Notes: generated from the letters alone by a model not told the origin. 63,328 nucleotides of DNA, filler included, from Octopus bimaculoides (GCF_001194135.2; 5 parts of 4 records of this genome joined end to end with filler, not necessarily neighbours in it), one strand, 5' to 3'. Counted from the whole stretch's first letter, positions 12,660 through 25,869 are shown. Program-made: numbers and translations.

Positions 12660-13353
12660 TCATATACCTTGGTTTCATTGTGTCTAGTGATGCTAAGATG
12701 GATAAAAAAAATTGAGTCCAGAATCGGGACGGCTAGTTTCACTTTCGGTAAGGTTTATCACAGACTTTGGAACAGCCACGATGTATCGTTGACGGTGAAA
12801 GACGATGTATATAAATCGGTGGTCTTAACAATATTGTTTTATGGTGCTGAATCTTGGAATCTGTACCAGAAGTGCATCAACCAGCATAACGCTTGCATAT
12901 GCGATGTTTGCATACTCTCCAACATATTCGTAACAGTGACCATATTCATAACAGTGAGGTGCTAACAAAATACAATATATCAAGTATTGAAGCCATCCTC
13001 ATCAAAATACAGCTTAGATGGTTATGTCATCTCTCACATATGAGTGATATCAGAATTCCGAAGCAACTTCTCTTTGGGTAATTCCTAATAGGAAGGTCAA
13101 CTGGAAAGCCACTCTTGCGCTTCAAAGACAAACTAGAAGATAATCTAGTTTGTTCTTGGAAAACAAAGCATCAGAACGCAGGACCTGACGCCAGTCCTGC
13201 TTCTCAGTTCAAAGACTGGAGCAAAGCTGACTCCAACATTGAGATCAACTTCGTGCAAGCATGAAGGTACGCAAGCAAAACGCTGCTTCTCAAAATGGAA
13301 ATCTTACCTGCCATTGTAGGTTTGTGGCACGAAGCAAAGCAGACCTTGCAATC
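12660..13353 (+). mobile_element. RTE-clade (BovB-like) LINE, degenerate post-RT C-terminal region
   Basis: Frameshifted translation IESRIGTASFTFGKVYHRLW...VYKSVVLTILFYGAESW...QLRWLCHLSHMSDIRIPKQLLFG...PLLRFKDKL...CHCRFVARSKA, typical of the RTE ORF C-terminus. Confidence 0.85.
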
Positions 13354-14429
13354 CNNNNNNNNNNNNNNNNNNNNNNNNNNNNNNNNNNNNNNNNNNNNNN
13401 NNNNNNNNNNNNNNNNNNNNNNNNNNNNNNNNNNNNNNNNNNNNNNNNNNNNNNNNNNNNNNNNNNNNNNNNNNNNNNNNNNNNNNNNNNNNNNNNNNNN
13501 NNNNNNNNNNNNNNNNNNNNNNNNNNNNNNNNNNNNNNNNNNNNNNNNNNNNNNNNNNNNNNNNNNNNNNNNNNNNNNNNNNNNNNNNNNNNNNNNNNNN
13601 NNNNNNNNNNNNNNNNNNNNNNNNNNNNNNNNNNNNNNNNNNNNNNNNNNNNNNNNNNNNNNNNNNNNNNNNNNNNNNNNNNNNNNNNNNNNNNNNNNNN
13701 NNNNNNNNNNNNNNNNNNNNNNNNNNNNNNNNNNNNNNNNNNNNNNNNNNNNNNNNNNNNNNNNNNNNNNNNNNNNNNNNNNNNNNNNNNNNNNNNNNNN
13801 NNNNNNNNNNNNNNNNNNNNNNNNNNNNNNNNNNNNNNNNNNNNNNNNNNNNNNNNNNNNNNNNNNNNNNNNNNNNNNNNNNNNNNNNNNNNNNNNNNNN
13901 NNNNNNNNNNNNNNNNNNNNNNNNNNNNNNNNNNNNNNNNNNNNNNNNNNNNNNNNNNNNNNNNNNNNNNNNNNNNNNNNNNNNNNNNNNNNNNNNNNNN
14001 NNNNNNNNNNNNNNNNNNNNNNNNNNNNNNNNNNNNNNNNNNNNNNNNNNNNNNNNNNNNNNNNNNNNNNNNNNNNNNNNNNNNNNNNNNNNNNNNNNNN
14101 NNNNNNNNNNNNNNNNNNNNNNNNNNNNNNNNNNNNNNNNNNNNNNNNNNNNNNNNNNNNNNNNNNNNNNNNNNNNNNNNNNNNNNNNNNNNNNNNNNNN
14201 NNNNNNNNNNNNNNNNNNNNNNNNNNNNNNNNNNNNNNNNNNNNNNNNNNNNNNNNNNNNNNNNNNNNNNNNNNNNNNNNNNNNNNNNNNNNNNNNNNNN
14301 NNNNNNNNNNNNTATATATATATATATATATATATATCATCATCATCATCATCATCATCATCAGTTAACGTCCGCTCTCCATGCTGGCATGAGTAGGACG
14401 GTTTGACTGGAACTGATGAGACGGTGAGC

Positions 14430-14483
<54 letters not shown>

Positions 14484-14758
14484 TGTGTGTAATTTCGCTC
14501 AGGCATAGGTGTTCTAATAACCTGCAGTTATACTTAATATACATATGCTTCAAATTAAAATGTTAGTCGAGCACAGTGCGTAATCAAAAGTTGAATAAAC
14601 GACAAGGGAACAGGAATTAGATTAATCAACTTCATTAGCTTACAACTGTTTCTGCTCTAAGGTGCAATACATCCAAAGCTGAGTGCTTGTTCGTCACCTT
14701 ATAGCTTCCTCGGAGAAATTTATTACGTAATTCCTGTTCCCTTAGCACTTATTTAAAT

Positions 14759-14795
<37 letters not shown>

Positions 14796-15314
14796 GCATA
14801 TACATTAGTTGCATATAAATGAGACCCTACAGCTAGATAACAGTTATACACGAGTCCCCACTTCTATATAGTATATATATATACAGAGATTTCCATATAT
14901 AAACCTCTTACATGGAACAAGTGTCTCATACATTGTTGTTACATAGATTATAAGGTTTCATTTTTAACTGGTATATTGTTGTAAATTCTCATGTATAAAA
15001 CTGTTATGTAGATATCGGGGGTCATGTATAAAACTGTTATATATATATATGATGCATTTCATGTTAAAATTGTTATATACATGTAGAGTCAGATTTATAA
15101 GATGTTAAATTGATACAGGGTCTCATACATAAAACTGTTATATAGATCTAGAGTACTGTATATAAAATCATTATATATCAATAGATGTAGTATCTCGTTT
15201 ATGCTGAAAATATGATTACATTTCAGTTGAACATCTATTTTTTCTTCAGCCCTCTTTCACAATCTGCCTGACTTTAACTCTCTACGTGAATCGCATCTTA
15301 GAGTGGCGAATAAA

Positions 15315-17366
15315 CACTGAGGACACATATTTTACTGAATGATATCTGACATTTGATTCTGAGTAATTTGGGTGAGCTGAATACGAATTTTAACTCGGTT
15401 TGGCTCTATCAGTTTCCTGATTCTTGTCAATAGTTTATGTGCCATCTTCCACATTTTTCAAATTAGGGCTAAAAAGTTGAGTCATGAGTTCGAATCTATT
15501 TTCAAGTTTCAGGAATCCAAGTAGTTCAAACTACTGTAAAATTACATTATAACGACAGAAATGACTTAAAAGAAAAAAATATAGATATATGAAGCTTTCA
15601 CTCTGGTAAAAATTTTCTTTTATAAAACTGTCAAGTGTATTTCCTTGTTAATGACAGGTCTCTTTTCAAGCACCAACGGTAATCAGCCATCATATGGAAA
15701 TCCCACCGTCTTTGGTACCGTTTCTCCATAATTTTGATATCTTGGTGGAATCTCTCTCCTTTTTCATCACTTATAGCACCTAAATTACTTGGAAATTGGT
15801 CAAGATGGCTATTAATAAAATACATTTTAGCGCTCATGTTGCAACCTAATTCTTTGTAGACCCTTAAGTGTTTTTTTACGATTTCTTCGTTGTCTGCCCT
15901 ATAATTGCCTAATAAGTTTTCTATCAAACCCACAAATGAGAACCAGGCATTTTGTTTCGCGTTCATTCATTACATTAGAAAAATCACGGTCTTTAATTAA
16001 TGTTCTTATCTGTGAACCGTCGAAAATTACTGCCTTGATTTCTTCATAACTTAAACTAGGAAATTTTGAAGTTATCTAAAGCATTTACATACTGTTTAAT
16101 GAGGCCTAGTTTGATACGCAAAGAGGGAAATATAATTTTATCTCTGATCACTAAAGCTGGATTCATTACGTTTTTACTCCGACTGTAAGTGATGTTCGTA
16201 CTGGCCAGATTTGTTTGAAATAATATTCTTCCTTGGCTCTGCTGTCCCATGAGCAAAGGAAACATGGATATTTAGTGTAACCTGCATGTTGTCCTAACAG
16301 AAAATTAAACATTTTAAGTCAACACATATGATCCACTTGTGCTCCCTATGTTAGATAAGATTTAAAACCTTTTCTATATGTTCATAATTTTTTTTTATTT
16401 TGTTGAGTGCTCAATCGGTATCGAGCCGTATAGATTGCCATTATACAACAACACACACTTAAGACTTCTTTTCGTACTGTCTAAACACAAGCGCCAATCA
16501 TTTTCATCATAAGACTCAACTCCCATCTCCTGTAACAAACCAGATATGTCTCAGCAATATACTAAACAATCCTCTGTTCTAAAATATTTAAGAAGTTCTT
16601 CTCTTTATCTGTGTTTGAAGTAAGCAAGTTTTTCTCTCTAAGTCTTGAAGCTAAAATTTCCACAGCCTTTTTCGGCAAATTTAGATCCCTTACAAGATCA
16701 TTCAACTCAGCCTGGTTAAACTTTTGCGGGTCATTTTGACTTTCAAATACGCTGGGGACAAAATCAATGTCAGATTCCTCAGAGTTCATAACAATATTTT
16801 TTGGAACATCAACTAGTTCTTGAAGTGGGAGGCTCTTAAATATTGGAATGGGGATTTCATTTCAATGTAGCACAGGTCGTATCGCAGTGTCGAAATTTTG
16901 GCATTCGATACAATGTTTATTTTTCTTAGTGAAGCCCGAAGTTTTGACAAAACAAAAGTAGCAATCAGTTTCATGGTTAGTAGGCTCTCGCCACCCCTGC
17001 TTAGAAAAAAATGTGTCAGGAGGTCATCGCCCTTGTATCGCAATTAAGTTAAATTCTATTGAACCATTCTTCTCTGACTCCCATTCGATTAAATTCAGCT
17101 TCTTTATTTTTATTCAAAATTAGTCGAACGTGGGTAAAAACACACAAAGCAGACTGTGTCAAGCGCCTGTTTGTCGGCGTTTGGAAAAGCTTTAACAAAA
17201 GTGACGAGAGACTTACTTTTATTAATGTTATCAAAAGTTACCATCCCAAATCAGGACTTGATAGAGCAAAACCGAATAAAACTTCCAGCTCAGTGCACCT
17301 AAATTTCAAAGAACTAATTGTCAAATCTAATTCATTAGACAAAATATTGAAATTTGTTCCCCAGTG
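15315..17366 (-). mobile_element. Chapaev3-like (CMC superfamily) DNA transposon, TIR-bounded, inactivated transposase
   Basis: Fragments FNQAELNDLVRDLNL..ILASRLREKNLL, IIFPSLRIKLGLIKQYVNALD and GCNMSAKMYFINSHLDQFPSNLGAISDEKGERFHQDIKIMEKRYQ..MMADY. Termini are CACTGAGGACACATATTTT (15315) and the reverse complement CACTGGGGAACAAATTT (17366). Both ends share a subterminal ...CGGTTT(T/G)GCTCTATCA block. The superfamily name comes from my recall of these motifs. Confidence 0.75.
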
Positions 17367-18896
17367 TAACCATTCTCGTATTCATCCAACATCAGTAGCC
17401 ATGCTGTCTTTTTAAATAGAGTAACTTTTGTTATACAACCAATCCTTAGTAAATGCTTCAACTTTTTAAATCTAAATTTTGTTAATACCCTCACTTACAT
17501 ACATCACCCGTAATAATATCTATTTAGATTAAACATATTCTTTGAAAACACCCAATATACCATTGGTTACTCTTTTCTATCACAAACATCAAAGCTACAG
17601 GGCCTTATCACAATTATTATGCATTGACTAATGTAAAACTATTTTTTTTAAATGGCCTAAAATCACCACTGGGGAATAGGAGCAGTGAATGAACTACAAC
17701 TTTTAAATTGAGTGTATTATGTTTCAAAGGGGTTTATACCTGAAACCTGCAATTAGTCTGACTCAGAATAGTATGAAGTGCAGTGAAATCAAACAAAGCA
17801 ACAAAGATAAGGATTTAGAGACACAAGGTCCGAGTCAATGACCAATTCAGTTTTAAGTGTACACTAAACAACAAGCCTATTCAGGAATGTGTATCTACTT
17901 TCTGACTTCCGTTAAATTATAACTAGAAGAAAGATAAGCTGATAAACAAATGTCGCTTATTGTTTCGACAGGCGTTTATGTCTACATTGTTTTTAGAGTG
18001 ATGTGTATGTGAGTTTGTATAAGAATTCAGTTGGTTTCTAACAATGGTGGTGTGAATGGTACATTCGGTAGAATTCCAGACAAAATGCTTTCGAATATTT
18101 GGTTACATCCATTAAAATTCTGAGTTCAAATTCCACCAGAGTCAATAGTGCAGTTCACTTTTTCAACATTAAACGCTAGAATAGAGTTCATTGACTTTGA
18201 CCCCCTTACCAAAATTTTTAATCTTGTACCAGTGACATCTAAGAAAAGAATGAATTCACAAAAACAGTTAACTCGGAGCAACTCATATAATGTATTCTGA
18301 GATTAAATTATTTGAGAATTGACTGTTCATTATCTCTTTCCTTCTTTTACACTTACTTTATTTCTCTCACTTGCTTCTTTTCTCTCTCTCTCTCTNNNNN
18401 NNNNNNNNNNNNNNNNNNNNNNNNNNNNNNNNNNNNNNNNNNNNNNNNNNNNNNNNNNNNNNNNNNNNNNNNNNNNNNNNNNNNNNNNNNNNNNNATAAC
18501 AGCGTTTCTCAACCTTATCATTTCGGGTCCCCTGTTTCGATTGGATGCACTCAAATATGTATAGCGAACGCACGACATTACGATCGTGGACCGAATACTT
18601 TAATCATTATGCCTCGCACCATATATATATATATTGTTGCACTGGCGATTGCAAGACCGCGATTTCGATTCCTAGACCGAGTGGCACGTTGTGTTCTTGA
18701 GCGAAACACTTCACTTTGCATTGTTATAGGCTACTCCACGCGCGCGCGCGTGCGCACACACATGCACACACACAAATATGTGCGTGTGCACCTATACATA
18801 TATACACAGACACATAAACACACAAATATAATATATGTGTGTGTGTGTGTGTGTGTGTGGAGTTTCGCATGTCTGTATGTGTGTGTTGTGTGTGCG

Positions 18897-18941
<45 letters not shown>

Positions 18942-19002
18942 TGCTCCAGCGTGGCCTCAGTCAAATGACTGAAACAAGTAAAAGAATAAAAGAATTTATA
19001 TA

Positions 19003-19680
19003 TAGTGGCTGTGTGGTAAGTAGCTTGCTTACCAACCACATGGTTCTGAGTTCAGTACCACTGCGTGGCACTTTGGGCAAGTGTCTTCTACTATAGCCTC
19101 GGGCCGACCAAAGCCTTGTGAGTGGATTTGGTAGACGGAAACTGAAAGAAGCCCGTCGTATATATGTATATATATATATGTATGTGTGTTTGTGTGTCTG
19201 TGTTTGTCCCCCCACCATCGCTTAACAACCGATGCTGGTGTGTTTACGTCCCCGTAACTTAGCGGTTCGGCAAAAAGAGACCGAGAGAATAAGTACTAGG
19301 CTTACAAAGAATAAGTCCTAGGGTCGATTTCCTCGANNNNNNNNNNGGGCAAGTGTCTTCTACTATAGCCTCGGGCCGACCAAAGCCTTGTGAGTGGATT
19401 TGGTAGACGGAAACTGAAAGAAGCCCGTCGTATATATGTATATATATATATGTATGTGTGTTTGTGTGTCTGTGTTTGTCCCCCCACCATCGCTTAACAA
19501 CCGATGCTGGTGTGTTTACGTCCCCGTAACTTAGCGGTTCGGCAAAAAGAGACCGAGAGAATAAGTACTAGGCTTACAAAGAATAAGTCCTAGGGTCGAT
19601 TTCCTCGACTAAAGGCGGTGCTCCAGCATGGCCGCAGTCAAATGACTGAAACAAGTAAAAGAGTAAAAGAGAATATATAT
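19003..19680 (+). mobile_element. tRNA-derived SINE family B (TGTGGTAAGTAGCTTGCTTACC...TTGGGCAAGTG...internal TA/TG microsatellite...CAGTCAAATGACTGAAAC)
   Basis: Family copy with an apparent duplication across a 10-N gap. Other copies lie at about 12400(-), 23600, 26140, 33295, 33425(-), 43020-43480(-), 49427 and 55113-55507(-). Confidence 0.9.
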
Positions 19681-19904
19681 ATATATTTCTACTAATACAT
19701 ATAATCACCTTTTGGACATAGACTTTTGTGTTGTCTTTCTCATTGTTGATGCCGTTCCCTATAAATGCATAAATGTAATTTTTAATAAATAAATTGCACC
19801 TCATATTCGTGGCTTCGATGGAGTTATAAGGTGTTATTCATGTACTCAACTATAAGTACATCTTATAAAAGAAACATCTGTAAGCTAATGAAGTTTACAG
19901 TAGT

Positions 19905-20200
19905 AGGCATCTGTCAGTCTCGAGAGGCCATGGATCTGCGCCCAGAGAAATAGTGTCAAATGCTGATAGAAGTGCAGCGTCTATTGTGGCTGTACAGACC
20001 CACACGGGAGTGACAGTCCGGCATATAGCGACTGTATTCGAAGGAGCTCTCTGTCGGTGCTACTGGTTTTTCCTTCCGTCGAGTGCGCTTTTCTTTAGTG
20101 GCGAGCTCCTGTTTTCCGTACTTTACCGCCGCGGTTAGACAGCGCTAAAGTGTCTTCTCCAGGTCAGTTTTTTCATGGGAGATTGGTAGTTGCTCATGCA
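19905..20200 (-). mobile_element. Probable RTE-clade LINE 5' region remnant
   Basis: GC-richer block containing gtcagtctcgagaggccatggatctgcgcc, which I recall from RTE/BovB-like elements; no ORF evidence. Confidence 0.35.
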
Positions 20201-20680
20201 ACACGTTTCCCCTCTCCACCACTACCCTTGTAAACCAAGGGAAGGGCGAGGGCCAATACGACTTGGCACTAGTGGGGACCGCAAGATAATCATTTATTCC
20301 TTTGACATCTCATTTTCTTATTACTGCTCTATACTCGTCTCACTTTCTTCTGAAACATACGTAAATTGAGTCCCACACCAGGTTATTAGTCTCGCAATGC
20401 CTAAACGAAATATTAGAACATGAAAACTCCCATTCGGAAGTTCTATAAGTGTATGTATGCATATGTGTTCCAGCATGACTGCACCTGCATGACTGAAAAG
20501 AGTAAAAGAATAAAACTATATATATATATATATATATTTGTTTTGCAAGATTTTTGATGTGAAATCGTGTGTTGAAACAGACGTATGCGATATATGCGAT
20601 ATATCACAAGGTTAACCCCATCCAATGCCTCTCCGAAATCGAAAAGTCGTTCACAAAAATACGTTGGGATTTAAACATGT

Positions 20681-20952
20681 ACAACAACAACAACAGCAAC
20701 AACACAAGTGACAACAACAACAATAACCGCAGCAACAACACGAATGACAACAACAACAATAACCGAAGCAACAACATGAATGAAGACAATCACAACAACA
20801 ACAATACCAACGATAACCGCAGCAACAACAACATGGATGAAAACAATCACAACAACAATACCAACAATAACCACAGCAGCAGCAACAACACAAACAATAG
20901 AGACTGCAGCAACAACAACAGCCGTAGCAACAACAGCCGTAGCAACAACAGC
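20681..20952. repeat. AAC-derived higher-order tandem repeat
   Basis: Two units of about 36 nt (aacaacaacaataaccgcagcaacaacacgaatgac) are followed by two longer related units (...aatcacaacaacaataccaac...). Confidence 0.85.
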
Positions 20953-21351
20953 NNNNNNNNNNNNNNNNNNNNNNNNNNNNNNNNNNNNNNNNNNNNTTAA
21001 TTAATTAANNNNNNNNNNNNNNNNNNNNNNNNNNNNNNNNNNNNNNNNNNNNATACATATATATATATATAAATACATATAATATTCCCTGTATGTTTTA
21101 AGGGTACATAGTTTACAGTTATATAATTTTCATTGTACGTTTGTTGCATGGGTGTATACATTTTCACTGTATGTATGTATTTTGTAGGAGTATATAATCT
21201 TCAATATATACGTCATATTTACTTTTTATAATAAGATGCTGCCTTATGCGAATGTAAGAATTCGTTATTGACTCTGAGAGACCTTATTTTCACGGAGACT
21301 AATAACATACTTGTAGAATTCATCTTTGAAACTGATGGAGAGAGAGAGAGA

Positions 21352-21410
<59 letters not shown>

Positions 21411-21543
21411 NNNNNNNNNNNNNNNNNNNNNNNNNNNNNNNNNNNNNNNNNNNNNNNNNNNNNNNNNNNNNNNNNNNNNNNNNNNNNNNNNNNNNNNNNN
21501 NNNNNNNNNNNNNNNNNNNNNNNNNNNNNNNNNNNNNNNNNNN

Positions 21544-21607
<64 letters not shown>

Positions 21608-23731
21608 CTCCAATACGTGTATACGTAAGGTTAAGCAGTTTCTGTTCACTTCGATATAGACATGAACTTGTAACCTCTAGGTTTCTATTCCAGAGACGAC
21701 AGCTTAGCCAAACAGACTGTTTTCAATATTATCTGTTCAAGTCCTGCAACGACTCTGTCTTTAGATCGCCAGGCGAATGCATTCCACTAATAATCACTTC
21801 TTGGAATTACGGAAATACATTTGCTACATCACAATCTCGGAGTTGAATTTTAATTAGCTCAAAGTAAAATTAAATCAAATTAAAATATGTAAATTAATAG
21901 TTTGTATCGGTTGGTGCTTATACATTTCATTGTAGTTCCATCCTTATTGGGAAAACAGGATGAAAACCCGTCAGGAATTTTGTAATCTCAGCAAGTCTTG
22001 GAGAACTGAACTAATCGAAGATTCATGTTGACATCGTTAATATTGAGCATAAGGATCAATATCCTTGATATCCAGCAAGTAACGAGAATTTCGGTATCAC
22101 AAGTCATTGGAATCAAGAAGTAAATCGAATGTCGATAATATGAGGCCATTCGGTGGAAGTAGTGGAAATATTTGGGTAGTATATAGATTTTATCCATCCC
22201 TGGATGGATAAAAATCACTGGATTCAGTGGATTCTTTGATCTATAGAATAACGTATTACAGTTCAATAATATGGCTAGGAGGGAGTGGAAACTTTTTTCT
22301 CAAAACCATCTGCAATATTTGATTGAAGGAGGTAACAAACTCTCTTTCCTCTGTATCAAATTCCTCAAGACTTCTACATGTTTCTAAGTTTAAAAAAATC
22401 TAATCGCATTTGAAGAGCAACAGAGACAGCCTTCAGCATTAGACAGCCTCAAAAGAAATGTTGTGACACAAGTTTGATAAATTTTCATTACGTGGTTTGA
22501 GAAGGGAGATGCGAATTCTTGATAAAAGAACTCTTTAATAAGTCGTTTTGGTTATCTTAGAAGAGTTTCTCGAAATCTCCTGCTGGAGCAGAGATTCTAC
22601 ACACAACGACAGACAGACATTCCTGAACATGTCTCGATGATCAAAATACAGTGTTTGAATGCATTATGTTCACTCTTAATGTATATGTCAATGTGTATAT
22701 TAATAAACATATGTCATTGTATATATTAACGAATATATATTAATGTGTATTTTTTAGAATTAATTTTAGCAGAAAAAACAGAGTGACTGAAGGGCCTAGA
22801 CTTTCGTAGGTCAGCACTTGGCAAATTTATCGCCAAACCTGTATGTTAAGGAATATATATCAATGTATATAAATAAATATTCACTTTTTATGATGGAAAC
22901 ATTGTTTTAATGTATTATAGTCACTAGTCATGTGTTGTACACATTTAAGTCTTTTTTTCTATTGGAAGTTGTATTACATTGTTTCAAATTCTCTTTGTCC
23001 ATTTAACCTCTCGTTTGTGACATGTTGGAAAAATAACTTATAAACATCGTCTGTTTAGCGTTTCTATAAAACATTTAGAGATGTAGTTAGTCAATAACTA
23101 TGGAAATGTTTGTTATTTGAAGCAAAACCTGATCGTGTTGTCGATTTAACATTTTGTAGCAAACCATAATTCCAACCACAGAGACATGCCAAATTATAGT
23201 GTGCTTTGAGACTATCCTACACCTCCATCCTAATTCAAAAGATGACTGCGTGGAGTGCCGCGCGGAATTTAAGTCATCTATCCGTATATAATTGGGAAGG
23301 TGGAAAAGATGTCTACAGTGGAGAGACTCAAAGTGGATAGAGTCGTGTGTTTTGATTTCCATTGTTTCGAATCCCCTCAAGTGGTTGGCTTCTGTTTATT
23401 CCTGTTACACTATCAAGGTATTCCTCTATAATTCCAACAAAAGTCTTCAAAATGGTAATGACATGCTTCAGAAAGTAAATCTTTGACAAAAGAGGCCATC
23501 GATTCGTAACAGAGCGCGATCGACGCCAGTTTTCTTGTCTTCAGAGTTCACCCGAGTCAAAGGAATTCAGTAATAGATACAAATACATAGTTTTTTAACA
23601 TGTCAAAACTTACAGGCTGCGTGGTAAGAAGTTTGCATCCCAACCCCATAGTTTCGGGTTCAGTCCCACTACGTGGCATCTTGGGCAAGTATCTTCTACT
23701 ATTGCCTAGGGTTGACCAAAGCTTATTATTC

Positions 23732-23802
23732 GGGCATATGGTGTAGTGGTTAAGAGCTCGGGCTACTAACCCCAAGATTCCGAGTTCGATTCCAAGCAGT
23801 GA

Positions 23803-23847
<45 letters not shown>

Positions 23848-24065
23848 TGATGATGATGATAATAATAATAATAATAATAAAGTAAAACATAAAATAATAA
23901 TAATAACATCGAAAAATACCTTAGGAATGAGAACCCAGGTTCGAAATTTCCCCAAGACACCTGATGAAGGCTGGAGAGTATATCAGCCGAATCATTGTGT
24001 TAACAAAGATGAGGACAAATATCCATCCAATGTAAATAATGTAAATAATGTATATAATTCCTCAT
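23732..24065 (+). mobile_element. tRNA-headed SINE with (TAA)n spacer and hammerhead-like 3' module
   Basis: Box A TGGTGTAGTGG, anticodon-like arm ggg-CTACTAA-ccc and box B GAGTTCGATTCC are followed by (TAA)n. Then comes gacac-CTGATGA-a-GGCTG(gagagtatat)CAGCC-GAAT-CATT-gtgtt at 23956-24001. Confidence 0.7.
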
Positions 24066-24277
24066 CTGTATTATGGGAATTTATAGTCAGCATATAGAAG
24101 CTGCAGGTTCCGAAACAATTGTTCATAGTTATGTATGTATGTATGTATGTATGTATGTATATATATATATACATGTGTATGTGTGTATATATATATATAC
24201 ATGTGTATGTGTATATATNNNNNNNNNNNNNNNNNNNNNNNNNNNNNNNNNNNNNNNNNNNNNNNNNNNNNNNNNNN

Positions 24278-24318
<41 letters not shown>

Positions 24319-24962
24319 ATATACATGTATGCATGTATACACACACACACATATCAAAGCAGTAGATTGGAGAAACATTTCGGTATTATATATATATCCT
24401 ATTACACATATTTAATTTGTTAATAGGAGTTACACAATTGTACATGTAGAATTTCTAATAGAAGATATCTTACATGTTTTCTGCTACATGTACAATTTTT
24501 TCCAATCTTCTGCTTTAATATATAATTACTCTGCAAAAAATATTTTCCAGAACTTTCAATGATGTTCCTGAATTTCAGAAGAAAGGAATCTGGGATTAAG
24601 ACTTGACCTCGTGCAGCTATTTTCTTTTTTTGACGACATGAAATCAATTTTGTATCCACGTCATTGTATAGCGGAAACTTCCCGGGATTGGATCAACGTG
24701 TAGATATATTTTCATGTGGGAGTCATGTGTGTACATATATCTTCATATATGAGTCAATCTGGATTATAGATTGTGAAGGTAGTTAATCCTGCGCCCTGCA
24801 TTAAACGTATAACCTATTAACTTAGTTAACAATAACAACAACAAATAGACAAAACCAGGTAAAAGAATAACATAAATAAATAAAAAATCTATCAATTGAA
24901 AAGTGTAAAAAATAATGCAAAACCAGAACAATAAAAATATAGAAGAGAGCTGAAAATAAGTT

Positions 24963-25061
24963 GACAGCGTAAGGTGAAGGGACAGCGTAAGGTGAGGGGA
25001 TGCCGTAAGGTGAGGGGATGCCGTAAGGTGAGGGGATGCCGTAAGGTGAGGGTACGCCGTA
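24963..25061. repeat. 18-bp minisatellite, 5.5 copies (GAYRSCGTAAGGTGARGG)
   Basis: Units start at 24963, 24981, 24999, 25017 and 25035, with a partial unit at 25053. Confidence 0.95.
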
Positions 25062-25646
25062 TGTGTGTGTGTGTGAGTATGTATATGCATATATGTATAT
25101 GTATATATATAAATATATACATATGCATGTGCGAGGGTGAGCGCGCGCGTTTGTGTGTATATAAGTACGCTTATATGTATGTATATATGTATATGTGTGT
25201 ATGTGTGTGTACATATATGTATATATACATATACATGCATACGTACACACACACACACACACACAGAGGGGGGAGAAAGAAAGAGAAAGAGAGAAAGAGG
25301 GGAGTGATATATATTCAGAGACTCATTCACATATATTAATTTTATAATGGAAAGACGTAGAAGGAAAAGAATAAGAGAACCACTCCTCCCACCGCCACCA
25401 CAACCCCTCCTCTGCATCTGTAGAAGAGGTTGGGTGGATATATGAAGTTGGGTGTAAATATGGGGTTGGGTGTGTGTGTAGAAGATGAAGAAGTTATCTA
25501 AGACAACAATCAGGAGAATGGAGAAAACGATTTCAATAAAATCTTTTAAAGAAAAGCTTTTAATTCTTTTCAAAAATTCACCGATGTCGTTTTTTTTTAA
25601 AAACATTAATTCCGCTTCTATGTAAATAACTCTATGGTGTGTGTGC

Positions 25647-25682
<36 letters not shown>

Positions 25683-25711
25683 ATGTATATATGTGTGNNN
25701 NNNNNNNGTGC

Positions 25712-25747
<36 letters not shown>

Positions 25748-25869
25748 ATGTATATATGTGTGTGTGTGTATATTGTGTGTATGTAAATGCGTGCACATAC
25801 ACTTGTGTGTATGTAGGTTTCTATCAATCTAAATAGGTGTATATATATATATATGTATATATATATCTA

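Noticed and set aside
19075-19608. Exact 262-nt tandem duplication of a SINE segment
   Set aside because: The copies are identical and separated by a 10-N gap, typical of unmerged overlapping contig ends.
20953-21052. TTAATTAATTAA islands centred in 100-nt gaps (also about 39908, 50638 and 54345)
   Set aside because: The identical 12-mer with stops in all frames, centred in fixed-length N runs, is an assembly spacer. It marks joins of unknown size, not biology.
21338-21605. (GA)n and (CT)n facing each other as a long inverted repeat
   Set aside because: The centre is an N gap, so orientation and contiguity cannot be trusted.
23732-23804. Possible tRNA-Ser(ACT) gene
   Set aside because: The acceptor stem does not pair, the anticodon is atypical for eukaryotes, and it continues into a repeat body, so it is a SINE head.
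24963-25061. CRISPR-like regular repeat
   Set aside because: The units are contiguous with no unique spacers, in a eukaryotic context with no cas genes.
24764-25798. 344-aa minus-strand ORF with HLTASP repeats
   Set aside because: It is stitched from CA/TA microsatellites, the 18-bp minisatellite and a gap, with no domain or splice support.
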